A stretch of 64,000 nucleotides of DNA from NCBI RefSeq assembly GCF_000711695.1, contig NW_013547015.1:124001-188000 (forward strand), given 5' to 3'. This DNA comes from Tilletiaria anomala UBC 951 (taxonomy: Eukaryota). The position numbers were made by a program, and so were the translations under genes. Numbering within the stretch: position 1 is the first letter of the stretch; each line of letters starts with the position of its first letter. This document shows, piece after piece, positions 1 to 12,929 of the stretch. Below the pieces are notes generated by a model that saw only the letters and a program-made list of their open reading frames with translations, searched no databases and was not told the DNA's origin.

Positions 1-354
1 TCCCGAAGGAAGGAAAATGGTGTGCCAGTACCCTTAGATGCGGGTGACAACGACATCCCCGATCTGCACTCAGCCTTACTCAGGGTTAAGGCGCTTCGCA
101 GCAAAGCGCTCCACATGGCGGCCTCACCGAAACTCACTGACATTTCCTTCAGAACGGCGTCGAACGAAAGCGCCGCGCCGAAGAAATGGACGCCAGCCGC
201 ACTTTCGCCCGCACATCAATATGCCGCACAAAGGCGAGCCATGCTACAGGTGCAAAGGGATGTGCAGAAGCTTAACGACAAAGTGAAGCGTCGCTGGGTC
301 ACACCGCGCGCGCATTCGATGGAGCACACCCTTCTGCTCGGCGGGTTTGCATAA
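1..354 (+). CDS. 3' end of an unidentified protein gene (truncated by window edge)
   Basis: Frame 1 is open from base 1 to TAA at 352-354 and converges on the next gene 56 bp away. No recognisable domain. Confidence 0.4.
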   Translation, partial: SRRKENGVPVPLDAGDNDIPDLHSALLRVKALRSKALHMAASPKLTDISFRTASNESAAPKKWTPAALSPAHQYAAQRRAMLQVQRDVQKLNDKVKRRWVTPRAHSMEHTLLLGGFA

Positions 355-410
355 GGACGTTGTCATGAGATTGAGACACACCTGTACCATACACATTACA
401 ATATGCTACA

Positions 411-2595
411 TTATTGCACATGTCGCGCGCGGCTTTCGCCAAAGATGAGAACAACGAATCCGCAACCGATGAAGATGCAGCCGATCAGAGAAAGTACCTT
501 GAGCTGTCTACCAAGAAGAACGTCCGCGATCTCCACAAGTACCGTTGTCAAGAGGCAAGACACGGAAGCCAACACCGGTCCCCAAATGCTCAAGAGGATC
601 ATAAAGCAGGCATTGAAGAAGACCCCGCAGATGGCAACAATAGCTAGAGAAGCTACGGTCGCAAAATTGTAAGGCCATTCGAAGGGCTCCCAACCCGCAA
701 AGTGCGCAATGACCACGCCCAGCCATAACGATAGGGCTGTTACGAGGCCGATGCCGCTGGTCATGATGTTAGAATGCATGCCCCATGGAAGCGGAGGTGG
801 CACGTCGTCGAGCAGACGTTTTCGGCCATTCGTGTGCATGGGCGTGGAAAACGCCGAATGTTGTTTTAATCGAGTGCGTGAGCTCGTCCGCGAAAGCCGG
901 GTCGTGCCGCCGGTCGAGAGCTGGGCTAATTCTGCTTCATCCAACTCGCTCTCTGATTCAGAGGAAAAGTCATCGGCTTCGCGCGAATATGTAGTCGGAC
1001 CACTGCTGTTCTTGTTGCTTCCGGCCTGCTTGGCCTGCTTCTCTGTGTCCTCGTCGCCGTCGAACGATGATCGGCTTGAGGTGGAACGTGATTGCGATGG
1101 CGACGTTCCCGTCGCCTGGTAATTGGTGTCTCCGCTGAGAGCATTGCCTTCGGCTTGATCTTCATGCCGGCTCAATCCATCTGCGGCGTTGACAGGGCGG
1201 TACTCGATGGAGCTTTGGTGGCCGCGGCTTCTCCGGTGGCCGCCGGCAAGTGCGCCGCCCTTGCCATAAAGTTGAAGTTGTAGCTCTTCGTCTGGCAGCG
1301 TACCGACGAGCTTAAAAACAATCTCGTAGAGACCCATAGTAACAGCGCCGAGCAGAGCGAGCATGTCGCCAACGAAAGGATGTGGGAGCTCCGCAACAGC
1401 GGCTGTGTCTGGCTTTCCTTTCACTGGGTCCAAGAGTCGAGGCGCCTTCTTGTGCTCTGCGCCACCGTATGACACAACAATGACGCCCCCAACGGCGAGC
1501 AAGACAGAGACGACTTTGTACTGGACAGAAGATAAATGTGAATATGCGTGGTCTGGAATCAGTGATTGACCAAGTGGTCAAACTCACTGCTTGCCAGCGG
1601 TCGCCAAGGAACCATACACTAAAGACAAGTGCCGAGACCGCAAAACAATTGTACAAGGCAGTAATATCTGCCATGCTCGTCAGGGGTACAGCGGCGTACC
1701 TGTGCCGCATCGAAAGCGTCAATACACCATTGAATATGCCTTCGTCTCCGCGATACTTACCAGCTGAGTGCGGGGACGGTAATGCCGATCGTCAACAGCG
1801 CCAGGATAGACAAAATCCTGAATGCATCGAACCCGCACCATCCATTGAAAGAGCTCCTGATGCGCCATAGGGTGCTTTCAGCAACCACTTCGTGCTGTAT
1901 TGGCGAAGGTAGCGAGAGCCCACTGTCCTCTTGGCCTCCCTGCAGCAGAGAGCTGCGAATCGTGCGGGACTCTGTCTGCCATCTCAGATTCTCTACGATC
2001 AGATGCCAGTAATGCTTACGTATTGAGCACCCTGTTGTGAACTTGAGAAGTAGCAGATGGAGCGGCAGGATGACTATAAAGCTGCTGTGACCAATGTAGC
2101 TGCCGACGCCCAAAGTACACCAAGCATACACTTAGTCATCTGCCTCGCATAATGTTGCTATACCATATCATACGCTCACAGGCTGAAAAATGGCTTTTTG
2201 TAGTTTAGCGTCTGCTGCACGTGCTGGGCAAATTCGGTCTGGAGGGTGTAGGCAACCAATGAGAGGATGAAAGCCGTTATCGCCTGGTTGCATGCAGTGC
2301 AGAGAGGAGCATGAGCGAAGGGCAATACAGCCAGATACGTCAATGGCGATCACACCTTGTAACCACCTGGAATCCCAGGCACTGCCTTCTTGTCGCCGGC
2401 TGCGACATCAGTTCCTCGACCTGTCGCCGCAGCTGCTGCGTCATAACATCCAGCACCACCTACGCGAATGTCGTGTATCGAGCTGGCAGATAGCGATCTC
2501 GCAGCGCGGGACGCCGCGTCGTTGGAGCACGATCCGCTCGTCTGTGATAAGGCTAATACATTCGGCGGCCGACTTTGGCCCGAGAGCGAGGTCAT
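411..2595 (-). CDS. Drug/metabolite transporter (EamA/SLC35F-like) membrane protein, multi-exon
   Basis: Spliced hydrophobic segments: AITAFILSLVAYTLQTEFAQHVQQTLNYKKPFF, YIGHSSF, YAAVPLTSMADITALYNCFAVSALVFSVWFL, GDMLALLGAVTMGLYE, FFNACFMILLSIWGPVLASVSCLLT. Start at MTSLSGQ is inferred. Confidence 0.8.
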
Positions 2596-3637
2596 GCAGC
2601 GCGGCTTGTGGGTCGTCTGCCGCAACAGGCGCAGACGATGCGTGCTTCTAAGAAGCCAAGAGGCACAGGTTGCCAATCACCCAGATGGCCGCGTCTGCGA
2701 CTGCTTTTCCAAGGTGGAGCTGCTTCTCTCGTTCTCGGCCCGGACCAAGAAAGTCCCAAGATTGTTCGGGACAGACCTCTCATGTGATGGTATGGAAGCC
2801 GAAGCACTGACCGCCTGCTATGCTGCCACTCTACCTTTATGGTGATGAATGGTTGTGAGAGAGGTACGCGTGCCGGTACAGCCGCACAAGAACCGTGGTT
2901 CGTTTTGTGGAGCATCGAATGGCATTTTCAATCCGGTTCAACCGAAAACAGCGTATCCATCCCGTCATTCGTCATCATCGGCACGCTCCTTTCACAACGC
3001 CGTTCTGAGGGCTGCAAAAGCAAACAACGCACTTGCGGGGGGATCAGACAAATTGCTCCCTCATGATCCGTCACACCTTTCTTTTTTAAGACCGAGGGTC
3101 ACAGCAAAAAGGTACGAACTTGCTGGACATTGCTTTGTTCTTGCAACTTTAGGTCATCCGGGCACATTTGGTCCGACAGCTTTTCGTCACCTAACCTGCA
3201 GCAGAATTGGATGACTGGCTGATTATAGTCTATCAGAAGATACACAGACACGATCGAGAACGCTGGATGGCACGCGAAGCTATCACCTGATGACAGAGCT
3301 TGGAGGACGACGTCATGGATTTCGCATTCGCATTCGCGAGCACCGATATTGACAATAGTCACTTGGGTCATCATGAAGCAGGGTAAACGGACAAAAGTGT
3401 GACTGATCGTTCAGACGAGCTCGTAAGCCGGCAAGCCATGAGTAGCGGGAGTCAGGTTACCAAGCCGTACCGTTGATGGACGGTCAGGAAAAGTCCTGGA
3501 TGTGAGAGATGGAGGATGGGAAGTAACCGTGTTGGAAAGATCATATGAAGGCCTTCTTCGTGTCTGCACTTCATTTCAATCAAGAAAGTTATGTGAGTCC
3601 GTTCAAGGAGCCAGGGGAGACTGCGGCGGTAACTTCT

Positions 3638-5036
3638 TTAAATAAGGGTGGCGATGGCGAGAGCGGCACCGGCGATAAGAGCGCCCGCAACACCTGAGGC
3701 GACCTTGCCGGCGGACGAGGCAGTAGTGCCGCTGCCTGAAGCACCTGAGCCGGACGACGAGCTGCTACCAGGGGCAGCCGCAGGATCAGTACCCTAAAAA
3801 GTGACGAAGCGCGGAAGAAAACAGTGGGCCCCGTCAGCAACCATGCGCGCATGCGGAAAGGCCACCGGTTCGAAAGCTGCAACTCACGTTGGTGCCGGAG
3901 TTACTGGCGGTGCAGGTGCTGTTGCCGGCCACGGGGCAGGTGGGGTCGAGGCAGACTGACTGGACGGCTGGGGATGCGCTTGAAGGGACTGCCAAGGGGG
4001 CACCGCACTTGTTGTTGAAGAACGTGCCGAGGGCTTGGCCGACTGGCGCGATGTCTTCCATGCTGACACCGAAGGACACTGCCGAGTAGGCAACCTCCTG
4101 GATGAAGTAGCCCTGCAATCGCAAAAAACGCACAAGAAACAGGAGACAATCACCGTCTCAGTCAACAGTATCCACATTCGCTCTGCAGTTTGCAGCCGTA
4201 CGCACAAGCTCTGCAGAATTAAGGTTCATGAACCGATGGACGTCGTATTGGCTGGTGGAGCCAGCGTAGGCCGGGAAGCCATTCTTCCCAACGGAGCTGC
4301 AGCCAAGAAGGCTACCCTGTAGCGACATATCAAGAGGTAACGATCAGCAAGTGGAACTCATAGATGACACAAGTCGATCGTTGGATTACGCACGAAGTAC
4401 CTGTTTTGTGAGAGGCCGCAGAATTGGGACGGAACAATGGGAAATTTGAAAGAAGGGATGCACGGTCAGAACAGCGTTACCGCACAACAAAAACGGCGCA
4501 GTGGAGTCGACTACGCACGAGTACAGGTGGGTGATGAGCATGTGCTGGTTCGACTTGGTGTCGTTGGCAGCCTTGTTCTGCTTGAGCGGGGTGGCTCCAC
4601 CACCGTCAAGGAAGTTGAGAGAGACGGCCTTGCCGTTGCGGTTCGTAGATAGGAGCGAACCATCGAAGTACTTGAGGAGGTTGATGTTGTTTACGCCGTT
4701 GAAAGTACCGCTGCAGGCCGAAAGAGTTAAAGAGCGATCATGAAGACGTCAATGACTGACGACCCCACAAATTTGCGAGGCAAAGCCTGTCACACCGTGC
4801 AAAAGCGCAACTCACTTGGCGGTCAGGATCCCGGTAGGCTTAACGGGTGCGTTGGCAGAAGTCGCATTGGAGTAGTTGCCGATCAAAGCGGAGTTGACAA
4901 CGAGGGTGAGCAGGGTGAGCTGCTGCGCCCCATCAGTCGAGTTGAACAGGGCGGTCGAGTACTTGTCGCAGAACGACTCGGCGCTGACGGCTGCGGCCCC
5001 AGCGAGGGCACCCACGGTGATGGCAGTGAATTTCAT
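3638..5036 (-). CDS. Secreted, probably GPI-anchored protein with globin-like (truncated-haemoglobin-like) core
   Basis: Signal peptide MKFTAITVGALAGAAAVSA. Spliced core reads FCDKYSTALF...LLKYFDGSLLSTN...NFLDGGG...THLYSYFGSLLGCS...AYAGSTSQYDVHRFMNLNSAELGYFIQEVAYSAVSFGV. Ser/Gly-rich stalk and hydrophobic tail AGALIAGAALAIATLI*. Includes a 7-nt exon at 4394-4400. Confidence 0.8.
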
Positions 5037-6070
5037 CTTGAAAGGATGGATGATGTGCGGGGTGCAGTAAGGGAATTGAAGAGCAAATAGGGGGTGGATG
5101 AAGGGTGTTGTAACAGCGTTTGAATGAGGTCAGAAGGGGGGTCAATGTGAAGAGAGACGAGAAAGGTGCATCCATATTTATTGTGCGGTCACCTGAAAAG
5201 GCAGGCGGATCATTGATCGTAATGAGTCGTCGATCATCAGGTCATATTCCTGCTTTGCTGTGTACATCGTGTAGCTCCTGCACACGGAAAGGACACAGGG
5301 CTAACAAGGTGTGTCGTCCAGTAGCGCACGGTCCTGCATCCAGCAGTCGTGCGCACATCCTCATCTCAAGGCGGGCTCGGGGCGACCCTCCACGGTCGAT
5401 CGTAACTCAGATTACGTTGCCAGAAGAGCTGCCAGGCGGACTGCAGCGCAAATGATGAGAGGGCCCACGTCCCCCACTTGTTCACCTGACCAAGTGTTTT
5501 AGACCGCGTTCAGTTGACCACTGGAAGCATTGAAGCGCTGCCTCAAAAGAGTGTTCATCCACCCAGTTCACACATCCATTGCAAAGAATCCTGGCAACGT
5601 CTCACCCCAGGCTGCCTGCCGTGGAGGTGGAAAAAACAACAACAGGATGGAGCATGTCTCTGCTTTTTCTTTCTGGAGCAGATCCCGGAACGCATTGACA
5701 GACGCGGCGTGGCAGACTTTGAGATACGTGCACTCCGCAGAGTAGTCTCGAGCGGGTCTGGAGCAGCGCCGATGCAAAGAGTCCAGGACTGCCGAGATAT
5801 GTACCATGATTACGCAACGTCTGCATCACTGGTATGTAATGAAAATGCCCGGCTGCGCTGTTTCATGATGACGATGTGTAAGTAATATGCACTGGCCACT
5901 GATACTGCCAAGGTGGCAACTGAAAAGAGTCCCAGCCGGATGACTAAAGATTGGCCGTAGTACGAATAGTGAATGCAGAGCAGCGCAAAGACCCAAGGTG
6001 CAGGAGAAGCAGATGCCGGGGGGGCGGTATTGAGGGTAGCTTTACTGCTGCTGACCGTAACGATGAAATA

Positions 6071-6124
6071 AAATGGCCTGACATTCGTCTGACAAATGGC
6101 CTGACATTCATATGACAAATGGCC
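6071..6124. repeat. 23-bp tandem repeat, about 2.3 copies
   Basis: AAATGGCCTGACATTCGTCTGAC / AAATGGCCTGACATTCATATGAC / AAATGGCC. Confidence 0.9.
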
Positions 6125-7222
6125 ATCCTGTCGCTGATCGGACTGTGGAGTGGTGAGGCGTTCCAGGCCAGGGGCGGAGACGCAGCGACAGCCAGCAGCA
6201 GCAGCGCCATTAGTAATTAAAGCGCCGCCGATCCTCGATCGTACGCGCCCGCACCCACTCCACCATCATCACAGAATTGCACAAGGGCTTGGACTAGTCT
6301 GACAAGAGAGAACGGGAAAACGCTCCTGCCGAGCGTCTTGCTCGACTGATCCGGAATCGGCTGTTGCCTAGTCTACGGATTGTGGAGCACGGGACAGCCA
6401 GGTGTTTGGACGAGCATAGGGTAGCAACTTGGCGTGCACCCCGCTTGTCTCGGTAGTCTTGCGTGGTGGATGGTCATTGTCGAGTGCAGGAACTGTGACG
6501 GAATGGCAGGCAGCAGACCAGTATGTGTCGTCGTACACTCGCGTCGCCTATGTACCGTTGCAGGCCGTCGCAGATGGCTCGTGCGCAAGACTGTGCTAGT
6601 CCGTGCCGCTCATTGCTATATACCTGCTCCACAGTCCACACCCCTCTCTATTCTCCAGGTCTCCAGCCCACTTCACCTTGACATTTCACAACCGTTGGAG
6701 GACATGGGCATGTCCATCCATGCGAGTCCGTGGAACAACTCTTTTTCCAGCATGGATGCGACGCCGACCCTATTCCCCTTGCTGATGCGGCGCTGTGACT
6801 TAACAACACTCAAATCTGCGGATGACTCGCGCAACCGCGTGGAGGGATTAGGGAAGGCCGAAAATTGGAATGCCTGCCGGCTACTCTATTCTGTCTACAT
6901 CATTCGGGCGCACGCAACTGCCAACCCAACATACCTGTGGAGCTTGGGTGCATGCAATCCGTAATCCTTCCTCGTGTAATTCCACTTGCGACGACAAAGC
7001 TCTAATCATCCCTGTTCGCCTCGGGTCCTCGACGGATATTGTTACTGCTTTTGGCGCACGTTGAAGTCAAAAGGGGGCCACTTGCTTGGCGTGAACGCCT
7101 TCTCGAACATGTTTTCTCATGAATGGATTGAGATGAAGAGAGCCTCATTGTCATTCGCAAGGACCGCTTGAGTGCGCACAAGGGCATCAGGGCGTTGCCA
7201 GTTCCCATCCTGACCATTGGCA

Positions 7223-10200
7223 TCATCCGTCATCTTTATCCGCTACGCCAGCAATGAGCGCGCCGATGCTCGAATGCGCCTCTGCCAACGGCGTGCGCAA
7301 GCGAGCGGGGACGTCCTCGCTCTTGACCTGGGTATCGATCCTGAGATCCTCGCAGAGCAACCGCATGAGCTCGTCGGCGCTCAGGACCTCCCGGACGTTC
7401 AAATCAGGCGAAGGCGGCGGCAGCTCCTTTTCACGAACATGTCCATCATTTGCGCTGAGCGGCACTGGACCATCTTCTGCAGTAGCACCCGCAGCGCCGT
7501 TCGTCTCTGTGATCGTTGAAAAGTCCTGCCCTGCAACGAATGAGCCTCCGCTCGCGCGAGCAACGGAGCTGCGCGTTGAGGAAGCGCTGTTTGTACGCCG
7601 AGACGCGAGACGCGAGCGCGCAAGCTTCACACCGCTGCCTTTCCCAACACTGCTCTGCCGCGTGCCGTCGACCGCGCCAAGGTCAGCAGTGCTAGCAACG
7701 TCATTCGAGCTTGCCTCGAACGAAGGCACGGGCGCGTCGCACAGCTTGTAGCGTTCGACCCCTTCCAGTGTCGATTCTGGCGTAGCATGGATTGGCTCGT
7801 CCACCTCTACTGAGGCACGATAGAACTGTTTGCCCGTCGCTGCAGCGTCAGACTCATGGCCCTCGACGGTCGTGGATGTATTGGGGCTTGGGGCCAGCGG
7901 CGCTGTGCGCGGCTGCTCGGAGGCCGACACGCGCCACCCATCGATGACTGGCCTTTCGGGCGTCTCAACTATCCAGACGTCCTGATCAGCCCTGGCGCGC
8001 TGCCCAGTGGGTTGCATCGGGATCGCATCTGACGCGTCGGAAGTGGACTGATTAGTCCGCGCAAATCGTGACCGCTGCAAACCTCCATTGCCGGCGTCCA
8101 TCGACGCTGGGCTGTGTACGACAGGCATTTGCTCAGGTGCGTGCGGACGACCTGTCTTCTCCAAGACGCCATCGCGCCGGAGATCCTCATCCGTTGCGAG
8201 GCACTCCAAAGTGGCACGCACGTCCGCTCGCGTGACTTGGCGAGTCTTGGCAAACGCTGCGGCGGGCACCATTGTGGATCCATGCTCACGCACAACTGAC
8301 ACCTTGCCCACGGACGACACTGAAGAAACGCGACTGCTCTCTCCAATGTCAATGGCGCTGCCTGCATCGCTCGACTGCCGCGATCCTGGCGTGGTTGAGG
8401 CGCTCCCCTGGGCCGCATGCGATCGTCGCGATAACTGGATGGGACTGCTCGCATTGCTGTTCGATGCAAGCGGACCAGTTGAGACTTTTCGACTGGTGCG
8501 AATTGCTGAATCTGGTGTCGCAGACGGGCTCTGGCCCGCTTCACGTGGCGGTCGTGCAGAGCCTGTCAAGAGCAGCGGCTTTTGCCCATTCGCTCGCAAA
8601 CTCAGGCTGCCGTGTCGTGAATGGCTGCTCAGCGCTGCTCGTATGCTAGGCAGCAGTCGCGGGCTTTCCGACCCGTTCCTATCGCTGTGCGCCGGGCTCG
8701 GAGGCATGAACATGGCTCTGAGAGTTTGAGAATTGCCAGCTTCTGCAAATTCCTGGCGACCTAAAGATGTATCGGCGACACTTGGCAGCGGGAACTGCGG
8801 GAGGTCATGCCGAGAGGAACGCGCAATGGCGGGATGCTGCGGCGGCGTTCTTTGTCCTTCGCTCGCCGGATTGGGTGCCGATCGACCGATGCTAGCGGCA
8901 GCGCCGCGTGCACGATTCATCAGATCTTGCCCTGCAATGCTGAAAGACTGCAGGCGTTGCTGCGCAGGTGAGTTGTTTCCTGGCTGGTTTTGCCGGTCGG
9001 ACGAGCGATTCCAGCTCGTCATTGCTTTCGCAGTAAGGTTAGTGCTCATCTTGGACAAGCTGGCTGCTGCGTCACTAGAATGTAGTGCCTCGGCGTAGCG
9101 ATTGAAGATGCTTCCACTCGCGCTGCGCGGCTTCGGTGATCCGTCGAAGGGGACATCATCCATATCTTGCTGCTGCCTCTGGCTTTGCGGAGAGAATGAT
9201 TGGAGCCAGCTCTTGCCGGTACTGAGCTGTGGAGATGTTGTGTTTCGCAGATTCTGGTACATCTTGGCCGCACGCTCTCGCAGGACGGCGGCGTTGCTTA
9301 GCTCGGCAAACTCCTCCTCCGTTGGCGGAGCATCACCAGTGAGAGCAGACGCCAAGCGCCGCTGGCGGTACAGATGCGCCATTTCCAGCACAGGCTCGAT
9401 GTCTTCGTCAGGGTAATTTTGCAAGAGCCACATGCATCGCGCAAATGGCCCCTCTGTACCGTCAGCATCTGCATCCGTGTCATAAGACCGTGCTGCATCG
9501 ATGAGCTGCTCGCGGATCCTGACCAGCAAGGCGCAGCAGATGTCGATGAGAAAGTCAACCTTCGTTGGTGCGTCGACCCTTGAGGCGTTGTTGCTGGGCG
9601 CACCTTGCTGAGCAAGCAGGACGTCCCATACACGCAAGAGGGAAGGTAGGGTCAACTCCGTGCTGAGGAGACACGCTAGCCATCGGAAGGAATAATAAGG
9701 TAGGCGAGGGTCGAGGGATGTGGCGCGCTGCAAGAGCATCGTACTTCATCCTGGTGAGCGTCTCTCGCTCGACATGATTGTTGTTTGCATGGTTTCGAAA
9801 CTCACCAAAACCGCCCAAAGCTCCTCATCCAGCCATTTGAGCCTCAAGCTGAATTTTTTCAATCCGCCCGCCATTCCACTATCCGCAATATTGCCAGCGA
9901 CATCCCGCGCTCTGACATTGCTGACCCGCAACCCAGCCGCGGCATGGTCGACGCCATCAAAGTCGAACAGATCGCGTACCTCGCCGATCAGCGCGCTGAA
10001 GCACCAGAAAGCATCAGCCTCGGCGTGAGCGGTCCACTCGAGCACTTCAATATCACCGGCTGCGACTTCAACTGCCGCTGCTTCTGCGCCTGCTTCTGCT
10101 TCTGAGCTTGCATCGGCGCCAGAAGAGCTGTAGGTTGCAGAGCCCATGGCAGGGATGTGGTCAACGTGCACGGTCCCTGAGGAAGACACGATGTCCCGCC

Positions 10201-11358
10201 CAGATCGGAAAGCATATAAGAAGACGAACGCAATCTCGTTCATACCCTGAAAAGATGCTTGTTGAGCGCGATACTCAAATGCCTTGAGCGTATCCGGAAG
10301 ATGACTCACCTGGATGTATCCAATGGATGGATTAAGTAGTGCATAGATGTAGAGTATTCGCAGCAGCGAATGCCACCTGACGTCTTCAAGCTCAGGTTCA
10401 TCCTTCCCTGGTAGTGGCGGAGGACCGCTCTCAACTGCCATCGACGCAACATTGCTTCCATTCCGTGTCCCTTGTGTGACAGGTTCGATATCATCGGCGT
10501 CCTCGGCATGCCTGGCTTCTGCAGAGATGAAGGATGTCGATGATGAGCGACCGGAAGCCGATAAGCCGGTACATTGCCTAGCCTCGAGTGCTGCGAGACG
10601 GTCTAAACAGCCTTCCATTGCTTTGGCCTGCCCACCATGCCTTCCATCATCAGGCACCGTTTCCTGCTCATCCACTTTTCCCTTGTCCTTGCTGGCATGC
10701 TTGACCCTTTCCTTATTTTCCCGTCGAAGCCTCTGCATATCCAACGCGAACGAATGGTTGATCTGCTCAAGACGGACGAGCAAATCGTGCCGGCAGCTGA
10801 GCCTTTCCACTGCTGGCGAGGTATCCTCGGCGGATCTGGCTGGTGCCGGGGCGAGAGGACATGTCTTGGAAGGCTTGATGGTTGCCTGATAGAAATCGAA
10901 TCCATTCTTCCGAGAGCGACTCAGATCTTTATATAGTTGATCGAGGAGAACGTCGCGCTCTGAGAGGCTGCCGGGAAGAGCGCTGCTGCTGACGCTGTCT
11001 CCGTCCTGCTGATGGGGCCTCTGCAGGGCCATGGGTAGAAAGTCTTGAACGAATTGCTGTAGAGCAAGAGATGATGTCAGCACCCTCCGCAAACATACTA
11101 GCTGCTTGAGATATTACCCACATAGTATTCCCCTCTCCGCTTGGACAAGACCTCGGGCCAGTCGCGCTTCTCTATCGGTAGGTACTCTAGCAAGACCTTC
11201 CACGCTTGTGACCGCAGCCAGTCGGGTGACTCTGGCAGCGAGCCTTGCAGGCATAGCTGTCGAAGCGTGTAGCTATCCGCCAACGTTTGCCCCGGCATGA
11301 GATTTGTGGGATCTAGCAGCGCAAGAAAGGCCTTGCGCCGAGCGTTGGCGGCTGCCAT
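7223..11358 (-). CDS. TBC-domain Rab GTPase-activating protein (TBC1D13-like) with long disordered C-terminus
   Basis: TBC motifs LRSQAWKVLLEYLP, LLRILYIYALLNPSIGYIQ|GMNE, EADAFWCFSALIGEVRDLF, YYSFRWLACLLSTE...LLRVWDVLL, joined by GT-AG introns. An extra upstream exon from about 11504 is possible. Confidence 0.9.
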
Positions 11359-11465
11359 CCCTGCACTGTGCGAAGTGAATCATAGACGGTGCGGATGAAC
11401 GCTTTGCTCAATATCTCACTAGCACATGATGACATGAAGCATCCCTCACCCTTTTCCGTCCATAT

Positions 11466-11515
11466 CGCCGTATCATGAGCGCCGTACCATGAGCGCCGTA
11501 CCATGAGCTCCGCTA
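11466..11515. repeat. 14-bp tandem repeat, about 3 copies, upstream of the TBC gene
   Basis: CGCCGTATCATGAG CGCCGTACCATGAG CGCCGTACCATGAG CTCCG. Confidence 0.85.
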
Positions 11516-12351
11516 TGAAATATCTTGGGGTTGTCGTTCTGGTATGTATACACTCAAATACTGTCCATCAGTCTATCTTCCCTTCGAAGGTGCAGGTTCG
11601 GTCGTTCGGAACTGGCAGGTCTCGCACGGTACATTATCCGGAGGACCTCGAACCAGCCGGGAGAAAGCTCAGGTTGCGAACAACAGGAGTTAACAGAGGA
11701 GGGCGTCCGTTGCGATCGCTGCAGGCGCAAGCACTGATGGGACGTCGAAGGAGGGCCTCACAGCAACGAGTGCCGTGAGTGGCCCGTGATGTGCCACTCG
11801 CTTTGGTGTGCCGTGCCGCCCGTGTGCGTGCGTCATCCCTGCACGCGGTGCGTCAGAGGTCATCAGGCAGTGGGCGCGCCGCACTGCCGCTTCAGTTTTC
11901 TCTTAACCCTTCATCGTCGCCTCGCTCTCAAACTTATTCCATCGCATCTTTTGCAAGTAAAACGGCTCTCCGCCAGCAGATGGCCCTGAGGTTTGAAGCG
12001 GCGTAAAGAGTCCTGTGACACATGATGCGCTCTCCAGGACCCCCTTCCTCTCGCCAAGCGAACATCCGACTATCGAATTGGCTCAGTCTAGGTTCTAGAG
12101 CAATGGAGACGCCGAGTGGAGCCACTCCAAGTTCTGGGTCGGGGAAGGCCGTCCCACCCGGAACTTATGCAGAGCATGATCAGCACCCCAGCCCCGAATT
12201 GTGTTTAGACCACAGAAGAGAAAAATGTGGTAAGAGCGAAATGGTGCCGACAATCTATGGTACAAATACTGTAATGCATGCGAATGAAGATATTCTCGGC
12301 CTGCGACGCAGCCCCTGCCACTTGCCAGGCCCAACTTGGGACAATGCTGTC

Positions 12352-12929
12352 CTAGATGACCCTAGGGGCAAGGCTGACGATCTTTCCCCATCCCTTTTGC
12401 CTTAACTCAGACGCAACAACACCGCTGATGCGAGTGCCTAGTGGCTCTTTGCGATTGTTGAGCAGCACGCAAGCGTTGTCGTCGAAGCGGACGACCTTCC
12501 CATCTGGTCGGACGGTCTCCTTCAGGGTCCGTACAACCACCGCGTGCCGCACATCTCCGCGCCGGATACGCTGCCCACCACCTGAGCCACCATGCCCTTG
12601 GGTTTGCGGAATTGGTCGAGCCTTCTTGATGACGACTACGATCTCATCGCCTGTCCACACAGACGGGCAGGCGTGAGGGAAGAAGATTGGGATGTGCAAG
12701 GTAAGCAACGAAACCATAGGCGGAGGGCTCCCAGTGGCACTAGACCCACCGATGCGCGCCAGGCCATGATTACTCTTGTTCTTCAGCACATTGACGCATT
12801 CTGCTACCAAAGCGCCTGAATTGTCGATGACCTACGCAGCGAGAAAAGAATTGCTACGTGAGCACGAAGAAACACTCCGATCTACACTTGTTGCACACTC
12901 ACCGTCATGGTCGCCTTTAGCCCCAACAT
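12352..12929 (-). CDS. MRPL38: Mitochondrial ribosomal protein uL14m
   Basis: [26 protein letters not shown]...[13 protein letters not shown]...[11 protein letters not shown]...[11 protein letters not shown]...[15 protein letters not shown]...[10 protein letters not shown] matches the L14 signature. Two introns. Confidence 0.92.

Noticed and set aside
6434..6964. 176-aa + strand ORF
   Set aside because: GTG start, no recognisable domain, composition like non-coding sequence.
7254..9416. Long + strand ORFs antisense to the TBC gene (and similar shadows elsewhere)
   Set aside because: Typical antisense shadow ORFs of GC-rich coding DNA.
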